Source of the DNA: Octopus vulgaris
Lineage: Eukaryota
Assembly: GCA_951406725.2 (NCBI GenBank)
Contig: OX597826.1
Coordinates: 41,416,001-41,480,000 of the forward strand
Direction of reading: 5' to 3'
Length of the DNA stretch: 64,000 nucleotides
The notes below the pieces were generated by a model. It saw nothing but the letters and a program-made list of their open reading frames with translations, did not search any database and was not told where the DNA came from. Of the stretch, positions 1-14,488 are shown piece after piece. The translations under genes and the position numbers were made by a program. Position 1 is the stretch's first letter, and each line of letters begins with the position of its first letter.

Positions 1-332
1 ATACATGCATAAATACATACGTACACACACATATATATCATGCGCCCACACGGTATATATTACGTATATATATATTAGCAGTGTTTGCTTGTGTATATAG
101 GATGTAGGTTTAAATACACACTGACATCTACATGCTGTAGAGATATCCGCTCCGACCAGTAAAATTGCTCACGATCTTTTTCTTTCTTCTTTTTAAATAC
201 TTATTAAACAGATTTTCAATTAAAAACACGAAAAGACACACAGACAGAAACACACACATACATACACACACAAACACACAATAAGGAAACCAAAAACAAA
301 AGAACAAAACAAAACAATGTTATTGCTAGTCG

Positions 333-392
<60 letters not shown>

Positions 393-395
<3 letters not shown>

Positions 396-509
396 CCTCG
401 CACAGTCTCTTAACTCACTAAATGTCTCTCTCTCCGTCTTTCACCTTCATCCCTCTTTCCCTCTCCCTAAAACTGTCTTCATTTCTGTATAAACACACAC
501 ACACACACA

Positions 510-562
<53 letters not shown>

Positions 563-579
563 ACTTTCCTTTCGCACAC

Positions 580-626
<47 letters not shown>

Positions 627-740
627 CCTCGCACAGTCTCTTAACTCACTAAATGTCTCTCTCTCCGTCTTTCACCTTCATCCCTCTTTCCCTCTCCCTA
701 AAACTGTCTTCATTTCTGTATAAACACACACACACACACA

Positions 741-805
<65 letters not shown>

Positions 806-822
806 ACTTTCCTTTCGCACAC
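393..822. repeat. Tandem duplication, ~231-bp period, with breakpoints in (CTTT)n
   Basis: The block ttctcctcgcacagtctcttaactcactaaatgtc...(CA)n...catacacactttcctttcgcacact occurs twice. The two ORFs at 422 and 653 share the same N-terminus, giving the 231-bp offset. Confidence 0.9.
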
Positions 823-1012
823 TAAATCTATCTCTCTCTCCCTCACCCTTTCAGTCTTTCTTCTCTCCAACTAATCTATCTATCTCTCTTCCTCTATATC
901 TGTCTCTCTCCCTTTTCTCTCCCCCTTTTCCCTTTCTTAATCTGTCTACCTTTCTATATAAACATACACACTCCTTCCACGCAATAAATCTTATCTTTTT
1001 CTAAAATTGCTG

Positions 1013-1172
1013 TGAGTTCAAATTCCGCCGAGGTCGACTTTGCCTTTCATCCTTTCGGGGTCGATAAATTAAATACCAGTTACGCACTGGGGTCGATGTA
1101 ATCGACTTAATACCTATATCTGTCCTTGTTTGTCCCCTCTATGTTTAGCCCCTTGTGGGTAATAAAGAAATA
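1013..1172 (+). mobile_element. SINE family A, 5'-truncated
   Basis: Matches the full copy at 42093-42320: gagttcaaattcc B box, gtcgactttgcctttcatcctttcggggtcgataaa core, ...ccttgtgggtaataaagaaata end. Confidence 0.9.
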
Positions 1173-1185
1173 TATCTCACCATAT

Positions 1186-1693
1186 ACTCACTCATCCACT
1201 CATCCACTCACTCACTCACTCACTCACTCACTCACTCACTCACTCACTCACTCACTCACTCACTCACTCATCCACTCATCCACTCACTCACTCACTCACT
1301 CACTCACTCACTTACTCACTCACTCACTCACTCTCTCACTCACCCACTCACTCACTCACTCACTCACACACTCACTCACTCACTCACTCACTTACCCACT
1401 CACTCACTCATCCACTCACTCACTCACTCACTAACTCACTCACCCACCCACTCACTCACCCACTCACTCACTCACCCACTCACTCACTCACTCACTCACT
1501 CACTCACTCACTCACTCACTCACTCACTCACTCACTCACTCACTCACTCACTCACTCACTCACTCACTCACTCACTCACTCACTCACTCATCCACTCACT
1601 CACTCACTCACTCACTCTCACTCACTCACTCACTCACTCACTCACTCACTCTCTCACTCACTCACTCACTCACTCACTCTATCTCTCTCTCAC

Positions 1694-1726
<33 letters not shown>

Positions 1727-1803
1727 GTCTCTCTGTCTCTCTGTTTCTGTCTCTCTCTGTCTCTCTCTGTCTCTCTGTCTCTCTCTATCTCTCTCTCTCT
1801 CTC
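1186..1803. repeat. (CACT)n followed by (CTGT)n/(CT)n microsatellite
   Basis: Read directly from the sequence. Confidence 0.95.
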
Positions 1804-2425
1804 TCCCCACACACTCCCATTCTCTTTCGGTACACCAAAGATATTCTTTGAGCTAAATATATACATTTGACAAAAACTCACTTCCTGTCCTTCATAGTTT
1901 CTCTGCGATTTTCGTCTATTTTCGGTACAACAGACATGTTGTGGTTTCGTTTACTTTCTCCTCTTTGTCTTCCATCAATTCCGAAAGTTGTATTTCAAGT
2001 TTTCGTCCACGAAACGAAGGAATGTTCGTACACACATACAATAATGGGCGCGTGCATCTATATACATATGTAAATGTATACATACATACATGCGTATATG
2101 CATGTATGTATGTATGTATGTATGTATGTATGTATGTATGTATGTATGTATGTATGTATGTATGTATATGTGTATGTATGTATATATGTATGCATGTATG
2201 TGTGTTGTGTGTATGTATGTATGTATGTATGTATGCATGTATGTATGTATGTATGTATGTATGTGTGTGTGTATGCATGTACATATGTATGTATGTTTGT
2301 AGGTGTATAAAATGTGTGTGTACATACACTCACACCCACACCCACACACGTTCATACATATTGTAAATGTTCCCTCTTTATTCTTAAAATACCTTTTAAA
2401 TAAACAACAGCCAAAAACGTATTAT

Positions 2426-2785
2426 AGGTGCAGGTGTGACTGTACGGTAAGAAGTTTGCTTCCCAACCACATGATTCCGAGTTCAGTCCCGCAGCGTGGC
2501 ACCTTGAGTAAGTATCATCAGCTTACCCAAGGTGCCACGAGCTGACCAAAGCCTTGTGAGCGGATTTGGCAGGCGGTGTCTTTTTTGCGTTTGCTCCCCC
2601 ACTACCGCTTGACAACCGGTGTTGCTTTGTTTACGCCCCCCCCCCTAACATAGCAGTTCGACAAAAGAGAACGGTAGAATAAGTACTCCGCTTTAAAAAA
2701 AAGTAAGCTCTGAGGTCGATTCGTTCGACTAAAATTCTTCAGGGCGGTGCCCTAGCATGGCCGCAGTCTAATGCCTGAAACAAGT

Positions 2786-2788
<3 letters not shown>
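2426..2788 (+). mobile_element. SINE family B
   Basis: tRNA-like head (ggtaagaagtttgcttcccaaccacatg...gagttcagtccc) and 3' end ggcggtgccctagcatggccgcagtc...gaaacaagtaaa, shared with 31627-32085. Confidence 0.9.
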
Positions 2789-2835
<47 letters not shown>

Positions 2836-2837
<2 letters not shown>

Positions 2838-3050
2838 ATGGAAAGAGTTCCTTCTTGAAGGATACAGACTCATAAAATCAGTTCCCGGCTTCTGCCGGGA
2901 CGGGACGCCGGTCCGTCGCAGGATTACTCATTTTTGCCAGCCGAGTGGACTGGAGCAACGTGAAAATGAAGTGTTTTGCTCAAGACAACAACGTGTCGCA
3001 AGGTCCAAGAATCGAAATCACAATCTTATGATCATGAGTCTAATACACAG
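2836..3050 (-). mobile_element. SINE family D fragment
   Basis: The core ctcatttttgccagccgagtggactggagcaacgtgaaa...ttgctcaag is shared with the copies at 49565 and 60487. Confidence 0.75.
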
Positions 3051-3052
3051 CA

Positions 3053-3221
3053 GCACTTCTTCCGATTCTACGTTCCGAGTTCAAATCCCGCCGAGGTCGA
3101 CTTTGCTTTCATCTTCTGGGAGTCGATGAAATAAGTAGCAAATCAAACACTGGGGTCGATGTAATCGACCAGCTCACTTGCCCAGATTTTCAGGCCTTGT
3201 ACCTATAGTAGTAGAAAGAAT
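3053..3221 (+). mobile_element. SINE family A variant
   Basis: gagttcaaatcccgccgaggtcgactttg...ctggggtcgatgtaatcgac. Confidence 0.85.
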
Positions 3222-3230
3222 ATTTATATA

Positions 3231-3622
3231 TGGATGGAAGCACTCCGTCGGTTACGACGATGAGGGTTCCGGTTGATCCGAATCAACGGAACAGCCTGCT
3301 CGTGAAATTAACGTGTAAGTGACTGAGCATTCCACAGACACGTGCACCCTTAACGTAGTTCTCGGGGATATTCAGCGTGACACAGAGAGTGACAAGGCCG
3401 GCCCCTTGAAATACAGGTACAACAGAAACAGGAAGTAAGAGTGAGAGAAAGTTGTGGTGAAAGAGTACAGCAGGGATCACCACCATCCCCTGCCGGAGCA
3501 TCGTGGAGCTTTTTTAGGTGTTTTCGCTCAATAAACACTCACATCGCCCGGTCTGGGAATCGAAACCGCGATCCTATGACCGCGAGTCCGCTGCCCTAAC
3601 CACTGGGCCATTGCGCCTCCAC
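3231..3622 (-). mobile_element. SINE family C, full length, 9-bp TSD
   Basis: The minus strand reads gtggaggcgcaatggcccagtggttagggcagcgg (A box)...ggtttcgattccc (B box). Flanked by ATTTATATA at 3222-3230 and 3623-3631. Confidence 0.9.
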
Positions 3623-3697
3623 ATTTATATAAGTATGTGTATGTATGTGTGTAGGTGCGCGCGCGTGTATATATATATAAAATCATAAGTCTGTCTG

Positions 3698-3771
<74 letters not shown>

Positions 3772-4445
3772 ATCTACATATGCACTTTAATCAGTAGAAA
3801 ATTATAAAAGTGACACAAGGGTCGAGTGTTACGTGCATGGCACTTACCAAGCTTTTTGATAAGTGTCAAGAAACTGTCAGCTCTTGAATCATCAGTTATA
3901 TAAATATACACGCCGTCACTTGTTGACGCGATTGCCGATTCACAAGTATTCGTAGACGGACTTGTAGATTTCTTTTTAAAAAGCAAGCCCAAAGTTGTTT
4001 GCTTAGAAGCTTTTTTCGCTCTCTATAAATTTCTCGGTAACATGCAAAAGCATTTGTTATGACAGTAGAAACTTTTGTACTAAGTTCAAAATTCTGATCT
4101 TGTGTTATGAAAGAAAACTCTTAAACCCCGGGGTCTCGTAAAGCGGGTCCTCGTAAAGTGATGTATTACTCTGTATATATATATATATTGTGTGTGTGTG
4201 TATAGATGCGTATCCATCTGAATTTATATAATATGAATGTTTGCTTATATCTACACTTATTCGTGTGCTTGTTTCACTTGTGTCATTTCCTTTAAGGACC
4301 AAACCATTCAATCATATCCACCCCGATTCTTACTTTGAAGCCTGATACTATTTTTTTTATCGATCCTTATTTACCAAAACACAAATTTACAAGCCATCCA
4401 TGACAACACCAGTCTTTTAATAGAGTAAGCACAAACACCCACTCA

Positions 4446-4505
<60 letters not shown>

Positions 4506-4879
4506 TATATGCACCGTTTCCCATATATACTGCAATCATCATTTTTGAAAATTAGCTATATCGGTATAGACGTTGAACGTATAAAACACTGAAATAATTT
4601 TGCAGATACACATACAAAGTAATGTCACTTCTCATGTAACCCTCACAAAGATTTTGGTGTGGAACTGAAAATTAAGATTTATCGTAGTGAAGATGTATTT
4701 ACTTTACCAGCACCAAAAAGTTACCGTTTACAAAACGAAAATAAATGCAGCATCAAATACTAAAATGGTTACAGAAAAAAAAAAAAAGAAAAAAAGAAAT
4801 AAAAATGGTTTCTGTTTCAATGGAGCTAGCAAATATAAAAGAGAATGTTGTGAAGAGAAAGAAAAATAATCGCAAAATA

Positions 4880-6021
4880 AATTGTGAAAATGCTAAAAAG
4901 TTATTTAATGATGGAGTTATAGATTATCATGGTAAGGCGATGGCAAGAAACACCTCTCTAAACCCAATACCGAAAAGAACAAAAAACAAAAAAAACAAAA
5001 AACAAAACAAAAACAAAAGAAACCTCAAAACAAAAAAGAAAATGTGGGTCTAAATAAACAAAGAAAAACAATTGCGCTGGCTGAGAAGGCAGGATTTGAA
5101 GTTGGAACTGAAGGATTCTTAATTGTGACTCAGAAACAAAGCTCTCTCATCAGAAACCAATAAAAGCAGTTATGAAAAAGAATATGTTCGTGGAGGCGGA
5201 GTGGAACATCTCACCATTTTGTCTCTGGTTGCTCAGTCTTTGTCAAGAAAGAATACATCTACAGACATGACAGAGTTGGAACTTACATACAATGAAAGTT
5301 ATACGAACATTATGAAATATCAACACAAAAGAGGCAGTATAGACAAAAGCCAGAAACGGCCAGAAACCAGAAGCACAGGAAGAATTTAGCTTCAATATGA
5401 CCGAACTACAAGAAAGCCTTTGATATTGTCCCCCACTCATGGATGCCAGAAGCCTTTCAAGTTTCTATAGATCCACAGAGCACAGTGAAAGCCATAGCAG
5501 ACCTGACTTCATCATGGTCCACCATCTTGAATTTAAATACAAAGTGTGATTGTATTTTTTCAGAGATCAGCAGAGAGGGGACGAGATAATATGTTGGATG
5601 TTGTCAAAGGTAGCAAGATAAGTTTGGGCCTCTCAATCGGAGTGTCAGTCACAAAAGAACATGATGCCTCTCAAAGAAATTGGAAAATGGTTTAAATATC
5701 AATATAGAGAAGAGAGAAGGGAAAAAGGCAGGGCCTAAAACGGTGTATAATAAAATGAATTGGGAAGCAAGCACAAGCCGAAAGCCTAAGGCTTATGAAT
5801 ATGCACGATATATATGAAAGCAGATCCACTAAGCACTCGCTGCATGCACAGGCTACGGAGAGTATTTTTCAGCACAATAGGATCGACATAAAAAAAAATA
5901 ATACAACTGTAGGAAATATACAAAAAGAAAAAATAAAAAAATAAAAAAACCCACAACAAGCACAGAGAAACGTTTAGCAGAGTAGTAAAAGCAAGCTATA
6001 AAAATATGGCAACTGAACAAT

Positions 6022-6080
<59 letters not shown>
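4880..6080 (+). pseudogene. Decayed 3' end of an R4/Dong-like (RLE-type) non-LTR retrotransposon with (TAA)n tail
   Basis: Degraded peptides WLRKAG..GTEGFL, VEH.. and EYIYRHDRVG. It ends in (AAT)n at ~6022-6080, consistent with TAA-targeting by Dong elements. Confidence 0.6.
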
Positions 6081-6083
<3 letters not shown>

Positions 6084-6311
6084 TGATGATGATGATGATG
6101 ATGATAAAAATAATAGTAAAGAGTACTTGTGAAAGTTGTTTGCTATTTAACTCTCGTATGACTAATTACTTTCCGACTGAGACCTGTAAACCATTACATA
6201 AGAATGTATGAAGAGTATCTCTAATATCATTGTATTGTATGTTAATTCTTTTGCACACATACGCACGCACACACACACACATGCACACAGGCACACGTAC
6301 AATTATATATT

Positions 6312-6391
<80 letters not shown>

Positions 6392-6564
6392 CATACTCAT
6401 TGTTAAATACGAATACGTATAAATACAGATATCTTTACTCATGAGTATGTATGTGTGTGTATATATATGCCTACACGCATTTATATATGCACATACATCA
6501 TATATGCATATATACATTGATACATTAGAACACACGCACACGTATCCGCACACACTCGCATATA

Positions 6565-6677
<113 letters not shown>

Positions 6678-6775
6678 TTGTATATTCACATACGTACACG
6701 CACACTCACATACATTTACATATATACATTCACATACATAAATACATACACACTCACTCACAAACACATATTTAT

Positions 6776-7090
6776 ATTGGAGGAAACGGTGAATCTCAAA
6801 GCAGAGGTGCAGAAGCACAGGAAGAATTTAGCTTCAATGTGACCGAACTACAAGAAAGCCTTTGATATTGTCCCCCACTCATGGATGCCAGAAGCCTTTC
6901 AAGTTTCTAAAGATCCACAGAGCACAGTGAAAGCCATAGCAGACCTGACTTCATCATGGTCCACCATCTTGAAATTAAATACAAAGTGTGATTGTATTTT
7001 TTCAGAGATAAATTCCAAGGGGACAGCCTCTTTGTGATGTCGATCATACTTTCAGTAAACCCCTTGTCACTCATGTTGAGGAAATCTACA
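6776..7090 (+). pseudogene. R4/Dong-like reverse transcriptase fragment
   Basis: Peptides NYKKAFDIVPHSWM and FQGDSL (RT motifs), with stops and frameshifts. Confidence 0.75.
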
Positions 7091-8181
7091 CATGAACAGA
7101 CTCCAAATACTGAACATATGCACACATACGTACATACAAAAATACCTTGCTGATGTTGAAATTCCAATGAAGGGGCCTTGGATCTAGGTTAGAAATCGGC
7201 TCTTTCTCTATTGGCAAGAAATCTTGAAATAAAACTGACTAAAGTCACATACACGCACGCCCGCACACACACACACACACATACACAAGCACACACATGC
7301 ATGTATATACATTTTTACATAAGTACACATAGACAGTTACACAGATACAAAAATGTGTGTATTTGTTTTTTTTTTTGTGCGTGTTCTAATAATTACATTT
7401 GTCTCCGACGTTTTAATCCTGGCGCTGACAATATCGCTATGCCCTTTTAGCTGGTTCCTAATTTCGCATAGTTTTACCTCCACCCCCTAGTCTTTAATTC
7501 ACCATTTCTATTCCGCAAGTGAGATAACTGTTTCATAATTACGATCTCATTCACTGATAAACGTCATTCAACTTTCTATTTCTCGTATTTTTCTCTCTCC
7601 TTCTGTCTGTCTTTCTATCTCTCTGTATAGTTATCTATTTATTCTGCCATGTGTGTATATATATGTGCGTGCACGCTGTGTACGTACATGTGAATGTGTT
7701 AGTGAATATGTTTGTAAGTGTGGTTTTGTGCGTATTTATATGTGTGGCTGGTTCTAAGAGTGTTTCTATGTGTATGTTTGTGTTTAAATGTAATCGTGTA
7801 GATGCGTTTGTGTGGCGTGTTGTGTGTATGCTTGTATGTTTGTGTTTATATGAAATTGTATTACGTTTGTTTGTAGTGTGTGTGTATGTGCACACGCGCG
7901 TGTCGATGTTTGTGCGTTCGTATCTCTGCGCCTGTGTAAGTGAATGCATATGTATGTTTCTGTTTATGTGTATATGTGTGCATAGATACATTTGTATGTC
8001 CATGTGTATGGATTTACTTGTGGGTGTATGTGCGTGCGCGCGCATTTGTGTGCATATGTGTGTATAGTTGCATCTGTTTTCAAGCTGCATATATCCCTGT
8101 ACCTGTTATTTGCAGATTTGTTTTTATGATGTGTGTATGTATCCTTATATATCTGTCTCTCTGTCTTTCTAGATATCTACA

Positions 8182-8229
<48 letters not shown>

Positions 8230-9044
8230 TATATTTATATACATATATACACATACACGATATATAGAAATATAGCAGGATATAAATCTAAAAAACAATA
8301 AAATGTCTAAAAATGTATCCAGCCAATGAAAATTCTTTAGAATGTATAAAAATTCTAAAGTTTTTCAATTATATTCCAAAGGAATTTTTGATGCTACATA
8401 AATTATTATAGCGATTAAATCTAGCAACATTTTGTAAATAGCTGTTTTCAACATAATTCCCATATTTTAGTATTCTTATTTAGTGGGATAGCAATGTATT
8501 TTTTAGATCGACAGATTAAATACCTTGATGCATTTAAGTCAGACAGTTCCAATCCCGACAGGGATAACTTTACTTTGTATTATTCCGGGCGTCTACGACA
8601 TGATTGTTGTTATTAAGCTACCGGTCACTTTTGATTTTAGCTTAAAACCAATGTGTCAAAGATGTTCCGGATATGACTGTCCCTGCTTACACTTTGGAAT
8701 TATACTCGCAGACAACATTTTCAGTGTCTCTTTTCAAAGATGGGGAGGCCGAATGGTAAAAAATATGCTTCGCAACCACAAGATTTCAATTCCCCGGCGC
8801 ATGGTATCTCGGACAAATGTCTTTTACTCCAGCGAAATGCGTTGACTTCAGGAGAATAAACAACAAAGTTAGCCTCGACAGGATTTGAACTCAGAACATG
8901 AAGAATTTGAAAACATTCCTCAATTCATTTAATCTGACATTCTAACAATTGACAATAACAAAAGCAAAACAAAAGAAAATAAAGATGAGCTGGTGTCGCT
9001 GCAAATCATTCTCTTTTTGAAAACTTTTAATCTCGTAGTGAAGA

Positions 9045-9200
9045 AAGAGCTGCACAATTGTTAGCACGTCGGACAAAAGGCTTAGCGGCACTTCTTCTGA
9101 CTCTTTACATACACGCCTCAAACACTTTGCCTTCCATCCTTTCGGGGCCGATAAATAAAGTACCAATCAAGTACTGAAGTCGATGTAATCGACTAACAAC
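9045..9200 (+). mobile_element. Diverged SINE family A copy
   Basis: gagctg..caattgttagcacg...ctttgccttccatcctttcggggccgataaa...gtcgatgtaatcgact. Confidence 0.7.
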
Positions 9201-9224
9201 CTTATGCCAAAATTTAAAACTACT

Positions 9225-10240
9225 ATTATTGTTATTTACTTTTTGTTTACATATTTGTTACAATCACCTGCCGAGACACACCCAACGTCCTAGGGCGAGG
9301 GAAGGATAAGAGATGTATGACCGAAAGCTTGAGGAGGGGACGTGGCAGGCGCAGTAACGAAATATCTTCATGTAATACAACACAGACATTCAAATTGATA
9401 GGGTTTTTCTAAGGATGTGGCTAGTACTTGTCAGCACAATCTTTTTGATTTCTCTAACACATGGTTTTCCTGGGATGTTGTCTAGATGTTTCTAACATTC
9501 CTTTTTTTATCATCCCTAGGGCACCCACAATAACAGGAACAGTTCCCGCTTTAAGATGCGACATCTTTTGTATTTCGATTTCCAGGTCCTTATGTTTACT
9601 TAATTTGTCAAATTCTTTTACAGATATATTTTTATTAATGGGAATACTTAAATGTTTTCTTCCCTGTCTTTAATAATTATGTCTGGTCGATTAATTTGGA
9701 TCGTCCTGTCAGTGTTGGCTAGAAAATTCCAGAGGATAGTGACATTGTTACATTCAACGAATGGCTCAGGATGATGTTCATAGCAGGAAGCAGGAGTGCT
9801 GATTTTGTAGTGTTTATATATTTTCCAATGTAAATACTGTCCTACCCTATCGTGGGGATTTTTGTATTCGTTTGGTGTCAGCACAGGACATCCCGAGACG
9901 AGACAGTCTATTGTTTCGTCAAATATGTCGCGGAATCTGCATATAAGGTCAGAACCGTTTTGAAGAACGGTAGTTTCTGGCAAGCAAGCTTTGAGCTTGA
10001 GCCGTCAATATGAAACCTTCAGCATCTGCTTTCAGTCCTGAACTTCTCAACCACTGATGGGTTGTTGCTTGGTCTACATCAGCATTTCGACTGCGAAGAA
10101 TATACTGTCCATGCAAGGGCTTCTAGTTCCACCGCCCCTCAGTTTGTTACTGCCCGTTCTTTTTTGCAGTCTGCTTGACCCGTTTTGCTTGTTAGACGGT
10201 AGTGGTTTCAGGTTCTTCATTTAATTCAGAGTTAATGACA
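9225..10240 (-). pseudogene. R4/Dong-like LINE 3' end (Zn-knuckle plus restriction-like endonuclease)
   Basis: ORF 9648-9983 gives CRF..ETIDCLVSGC, HDRVGQYLHW, ILW...TDR..NRPDIII. Downstream frames give KHKDLEIEI and VPVIVGALG. Confidence 0.85.
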
Positions 10241-11183
10241 AGTTATCTCTCAAGTGTCGATAACCGGGGCTGACGTAATCGATTAACCCCTCTCCAAAAC
10301 TTGCGCCCAAATTTGGAACCACTATCTAATGGCTCCAACCCTTTTGAGGCGATAAGGTGATGTTTGAAGGAGATTTAGCTATTATTTCTTCCAGGTCGAG
10401 TAACCTCGTTGGTCCATCAAGTTCTTTTTATTTAACTCACTGTCAATCCTGATCTACGATCTCAGGAATGCTAGCCATTGTATATCTAGGACTACATTGT
10501 CCAATATATGCTTTGCTGTTTAAAAATAGTTGAGTATGACTGAAGGAGATTAGACTGCTACTTTTAGCAGAGTGAACGACCGCATAAAGGTTCTTTTGTT
10601 GCATTGTCCACATCTGAGTAGATACTCCCGGTTGGTGTAGCACTTCACTGTCAATAATGGCCACGGGATAGGTTTCATAATTGACCCGTGTGTGTGTGTG
10701 TGTGTGTTTGTGCGTGTATGAGTGTGTCTGTGTGTTGTGTGTTTATATGTGTGCATGTTTGTGCGTCTGTTTTAATCGTTGTGTATGCGTCTGTGTATAT
10801 GTGTATGTGTGCGAGTGTGTATGTATGTATATTTGTACGTATGTGTGCAATTGTGCTGTGCATGTGTATGAGTGCGTATGTGAGTGTTCTCAGTGTGTAA
10901 GTCCTTTAGTTTTATAGTCTGCTTCAGGCATTACAGTTAAGTCCATGCTGGAGCATCGCCTCGATGCCATACCGTTACCAAACACTGTCACACACGCACA
11001 CACAAATACACATACACAACAAACACACACACACACATACGTCTTCGCCTCATTAAATTCTACAATGCCGATGCCACTCTTGGACCACCCAGACTATCCA
11101 AACATTATTTTTAATATCAAAAGCCTCCACCGATGCCACACACCACGTTGCACGAACTAATTAACACCCGATCTTGTTTTTTG

Positions 11184-11223
<40 letters not shown>

Positions 11224-11274
11224 ATACCACCACCACCACCACCACCACCACCGCCACTACTACTACTGCTACTG

Positions 11275-11336
<62 letters not shown>

Positions 11337-11375
11337 GCTGCTGCTACTGCTGCTTCAGCTGCTGCTATTACTACT
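11184..11375. repeat. Compound trinucleotide repeat (ACT)n(ACC)n(GCT)n
   Basis: Read directly from the sequence. Confidence 0.9.
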
Positions 11376-11491
11376 GTTGCAAATTATCGTTGTCTTATTT
11401 GCGGCAATTGCAACAGGGTGGGGTGACATCATAAAGACGAATTACAAAACATAGCTTGACATCAAGTGGAAATATAGCAATGGAATATTTT

Positions 11492-11555
<64 letters not shown>

Positions 11556-11866
11556 GCACACGCACACGCACGCACACGCGCGCACGCACGCACACACACA
11601 CAAATATATAAGGCGGGCAGGTAGAATCGTAAGCACGACAAACTGCTGCTGAGCATTTAGGTGCAGGTGTGGCTGTGTGCTTAGATGCTTGCTTTCCAAC
11701 CACGTGGTCCTGGGTTCCATGCCTAGCTATCCCCGCCTCCAACAAGGGCAGAATATCTAATTCCTTCCACTTGTATAGGTCAGCGCTCCACCCGTGTTGA
11801 TAATCGAAACTCAATTGTAACCAGGTACCATCAAATTTCATCACTCGTCCGTAAAGACTACCGTCG

Positions 11867-12380
<514 letters not shown>

Positions 12381-13427
12381 GTGGTATTCCACTGAACGAC
12401 TACGGAGCTACTTAGTCGTGCCAACATCCCATTTTACCGTGCTCTACACCAAATACATGAGACTGGTGTCGCTGATTACACTGTACTACAGCCTGCCGCC
12501 AAAGTGGCGCCAGCACCCTGCAAGCATCTTGCGAGCATCCAGCCAACACCCTGTCAACACCCTGTCAACACCCTGTCCGATCAAAATCAAGAAAATAGCT
12601 GCTGTCGCTTTCATAGCATTAACACCATATAACTTGTGCTGACCATTACGGAGGGTAACTTCTGAAAGCTATCACAAATTTGTCTCAAATCTCTTATTCT
12701 TCTACATTTGAGGAAGTGGATGCGTCCGACGCACCCACGAAACTTTTAAAGTCCTTTTGTCATGGAAACAGTGTGCCCATAACCATATTACCCACCTTGT
12801 CATTAGAATGTGATCTAAGGGAGATTTGGCTGACGTATCGTCGATCGACTGACAAAAAAAAAAAAAAAAATAGCTGTTTCCAGACGAAAAAATGTCCATA
12901 TTGTTTGTCTTTTTAAAATCCAAGTGAAAGATCGTTGGTTATGTTTCTCTTTGCAGTAACTAAGCCATCTTACCTTACGGCCTTTAATAGAAGAGCATAA
13001 ACAGTATACAAATGACGACAACGACATTCCCACCACCACCAGAACCACCACCACCACCACCACCACCACCAATAACAACAACAACGATAAGACAAAAACA
13101 AAACAATACAAAAAAAAAATGAGAATGATTGCACAAAGCTTACTAAAAATTGGTCTGTTGATATTTGAGTGTCGCGACGCCATAATATTGATTTTAATCA
13201 AAATGATGATATGGTAGGCACCGGCAAAACAGGTTTTGTTGCTTTTTTCGACTCTTGTATCGTCTTTGCATTTGTCATTTGTACTCGGAAGAGAAAGACC
13301 CAAGGTACACTTAAGATCGTATGATCTAAATAGAGTAACGCGAGTAAGAGCGCCAACCAAATCACGTGTGTGTAAAATCTAAACATACAATACGGGCACA
13401 CATACGCACGCACACATATAGTTAAAC

Positions 13428-13470
<43 letters not shown>

Positions 13471-13507
13471 TGTTTATGTATATATATATATATACACACA
13501 CACACAC

Positions 13508-13576
<69 letters not shown>

Positions 13577-13595
13577 GTTATATATATATATATAT

Positions 13596-13739
<144 letters not shown>

Positions 13740-14095
13740 TATATATCTGCTAATGTGTTGGTGAATACCTGTATGCATAAGTTCCAAGTCATAGACTTGT
13801 TTTTACCTAAGTCTGCTGAAGTTTTAAATAGGGGCTGATATTTTTCGCGAAGAAGGTCAAAGGTTGCGTGTGTTTTTCTAATACTTTTATTGGCTCAAAC
13901 GAGGACAAGTTCTGCTGCCCGTATGTATGCACACGCACACATTTATATACATGAATACATAAGTGTACACACACATACACACACAATGTATATATATATA
14001 AATATATATGTATATTTATACAATATATGTCTATGTATATATATATATATACATATGTATAAATATATGTATATAAATATTGTGTATATACATAT

Positions 14096-14488
14096 TTTTT
14101 TTTTACTTGTTTCAGTCATTCGACTGCGGCCATGCTGGAGCACCGCCTTTAGTCGAGCAAATCGACCCCGGGACTTATTCTTTGTAAGCCCAGTACTTAT
14201 TCTATCGGTCTCTTTTGCCGAACCGCTAAGTGACGGGGAATTAAACACACCAGCATCGGTTGTCAAGCAATGCTTGGGGGACAAACACAAATACACACAC
14301 ACACATATATATATATACATATATACGACAGGCTTCTTTCAGTTTCCGTCTACCAAATCCACTCACAAAGCATTGGTCGGCCCGGGGCTATAGCAGAAGA
14401 CACTTGCCCAAGATGCCACGCAGTGGGACTGAACCCAGAACCATATGGTTGGTAGGCAAGCTACTTGCCACACAGCCACTCCTGCGCC
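14096..14488 (-). mobile_element. SINE family B, full length, flanked by a ~103-bp direct repeat
   Basis: Complete family B sequence. Flanks 13993-14095 and 14489-14593 are near-identical. Confidence 0.9.

Noticed and set aside
7165-7215. Stem followed by AGAAA-TCGG, resembling a hammerhead
   Set aside because: No CUGANGA core.
10443-10680. 73-aa non-repetitive ORF
   Set aside because: No recognisable motif and no clear splice sites.
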